Assembly (NCBI GenBank): GCA_963705915.1
Contig: OY970126.1
Span: 10,035 to 74,034, forward strand
From: an uncultured bacterium
GTDB taxonomy: Bacteria; Patescibacteriota; Minisyncoccia; UBA6257; 2-01-FULL-56-20
Length of the DNA: 64,000 nt
Direction of reading: 5' to 3'
The notes beneath the pieces were generated by a model. It saw nothing but the letters and a program-made list of their open reading frames with translations, made no database searches and was not told the origin of the DNA. Position 1 is the stretch's first letter. Each line of letters starts with the position of its first letter. Made by a program: the position numbers and the translations under genes. This document shows positions 62,957-64,000 of this stretch, piece by piece.

Positions 62957-64000
62957 GCTGAAGCATACCAAAATCGCTCAAAGGTCGCCAAGAAAGAGAG
63001 CTTGAATATCATCGCGGAATTTGAGGAGCGGCAGACCGCCAAGATTCCGGGCCGCCCCGTGTTTAATGAGATGATGTCTCGCATAAGCGCGGGTGAAGCG
63101 CAAGGCATTATCTGTTGGAAGATAGATCGTTTAGCTCGCAATCCGGTGGACGCGGCGCAAATCCAATGGCTCTTACAGAGGGGGACGATAGCGCACATTC
63201 AGGCCTATGACCGAAGCTACTATCCTTCCGACAACGTGCTTCTGATGTCCGTCGAGTTCAGCATGGCGAACCAGTATATCCGCGACCTTAGTTCCAACAC
63301 CTCGCGCGGACTTGAACGAAAAGCGGGACGAGGCGAGTTCCCCTGCGTGGCTCCCGTCGGTTATCTCAATAATCCGCGCACGAAGCTTATTGTGGTAGAC
63401 AAAAAGAAAGCTCCCGTGATAAAGGCGGCCTTTGAGCTGTACGCCAAGGGCGATTCCCGCATCCAAGACGTAGCTAGATTCCTTTTTGATAACGGCGTGA
63501 AAAGTTTGTACGGCAACGAGATGCACGAAGACCGCGTGAAGTTCATCCTCACCAACCCGTTCTACTATGGCCATTTTATCTACAAGGGAGAACTGCTTGA
63601 AGGCAAGCATACGCCGATCATCGAGAAGCGGCTTTGGGACAAAGTGCAGAAAATCATCGTGAAGCGCGGCCATCCGCAGACGGCGACGAAAAACCCGCAA
63701 GCCTTGTGCGATCTGCTCACCTGCGGCGAGTGCCATATGGCGATCACGGCCGAGGAACGGATAAAGCGGCAGAAGAACGGCAACGTCCATCGCTATGTCT
63801 ATTATCGTTGTACCAAAAAGTCGGCGGTTCGCTGTTCGCAACCGTACATCCGAGAAGAAACCCTTGTTGCTGATTTATCTTCGCTCTTGTCCCAATACGC
63901 CATGCCGCCAGTCATCGCCCAATACTACGAGCAGAGGATGAACGAGGACGAACGGGAAGCCGGAAAAATCGCCTCCCAAGCGATCCAATCCCTGCGGGAG
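62957..64000 (+). CDS. Large serine recombinase (resolvase catalytic domain, recombinase domain and zinc ribbon), 3'-partial, with no canonical start codon found
   Basis: GIICWKIDRLARN, PCVAPVGY, LYGNEMHEDRVKFILTNPFYYGHF and CGECHM...YYRCTKK motifs. The frame is open from 62717 to the window end, but no ATG/GTG lies upstream of the YQNRSK catalytic-Ser region. Confidence 0.65.

Overview
The 64-kb window is about 50% GC and gene-dense, and has three parts. (1) A housekeeping block: rpsU-yqeY-ybeY, ftsA-ftsZ, rmuC, an RRM RNA-binding protein, a MutY-like glycosylase, a GH18 enzyme and a 3D-domain protein. (2) A polysaccharide locus of about 27 kb (12.9-40 kb). It carries rfbB/rfbA, two GH5 enzymes, a PP-loop sugar-amidotransferase-like enzyme, a Wzx-like flippase, a pyruvyl transferase, a very large GT-C-like membrane protein, fused GT4-GT4 and GT4-GT2 enzymes, two CE4 deacetylases, a GH26-like enzyme, a DPM1-like GT2 and a PgaC/IcaA/NodC-type processive GT2 synthase. 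Next to it is a c-di-GMP module: a tandem-HTH regulator, a sensor translationally coupled to a GGDEF-EAL protein, and an HD protein. (3) From about 48.4 to 55.4 kb is an accessory island. It is cut into one- to three-gene units by at least 9 same-orientation copies of a 28-bp repeat (consensus GCTCCGGCGGGTGGAGGATGTTAGAACC). Three copies are preceded by a tRNA T-arm-like fragment (GGTTCGAATCCTCGCGCGGGTA), giving roughly 88-bp units with imperfect inverted ends that resemble attC sites or MITEs. The island encodes a SemiSWEET, a PAS-GGDEF protein, an ICMT-family methyltransferase, an excisionase-like HTH protein and a stand-alone RNA polymerase alpha C-terminal-domain protein. A partial large serine recombinase lies at the 3' edge of the window. 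No rRNA, canonical tRNA or CRISPR array was seen. All coordinates derived by eye may be off by +/-1-2 nt.
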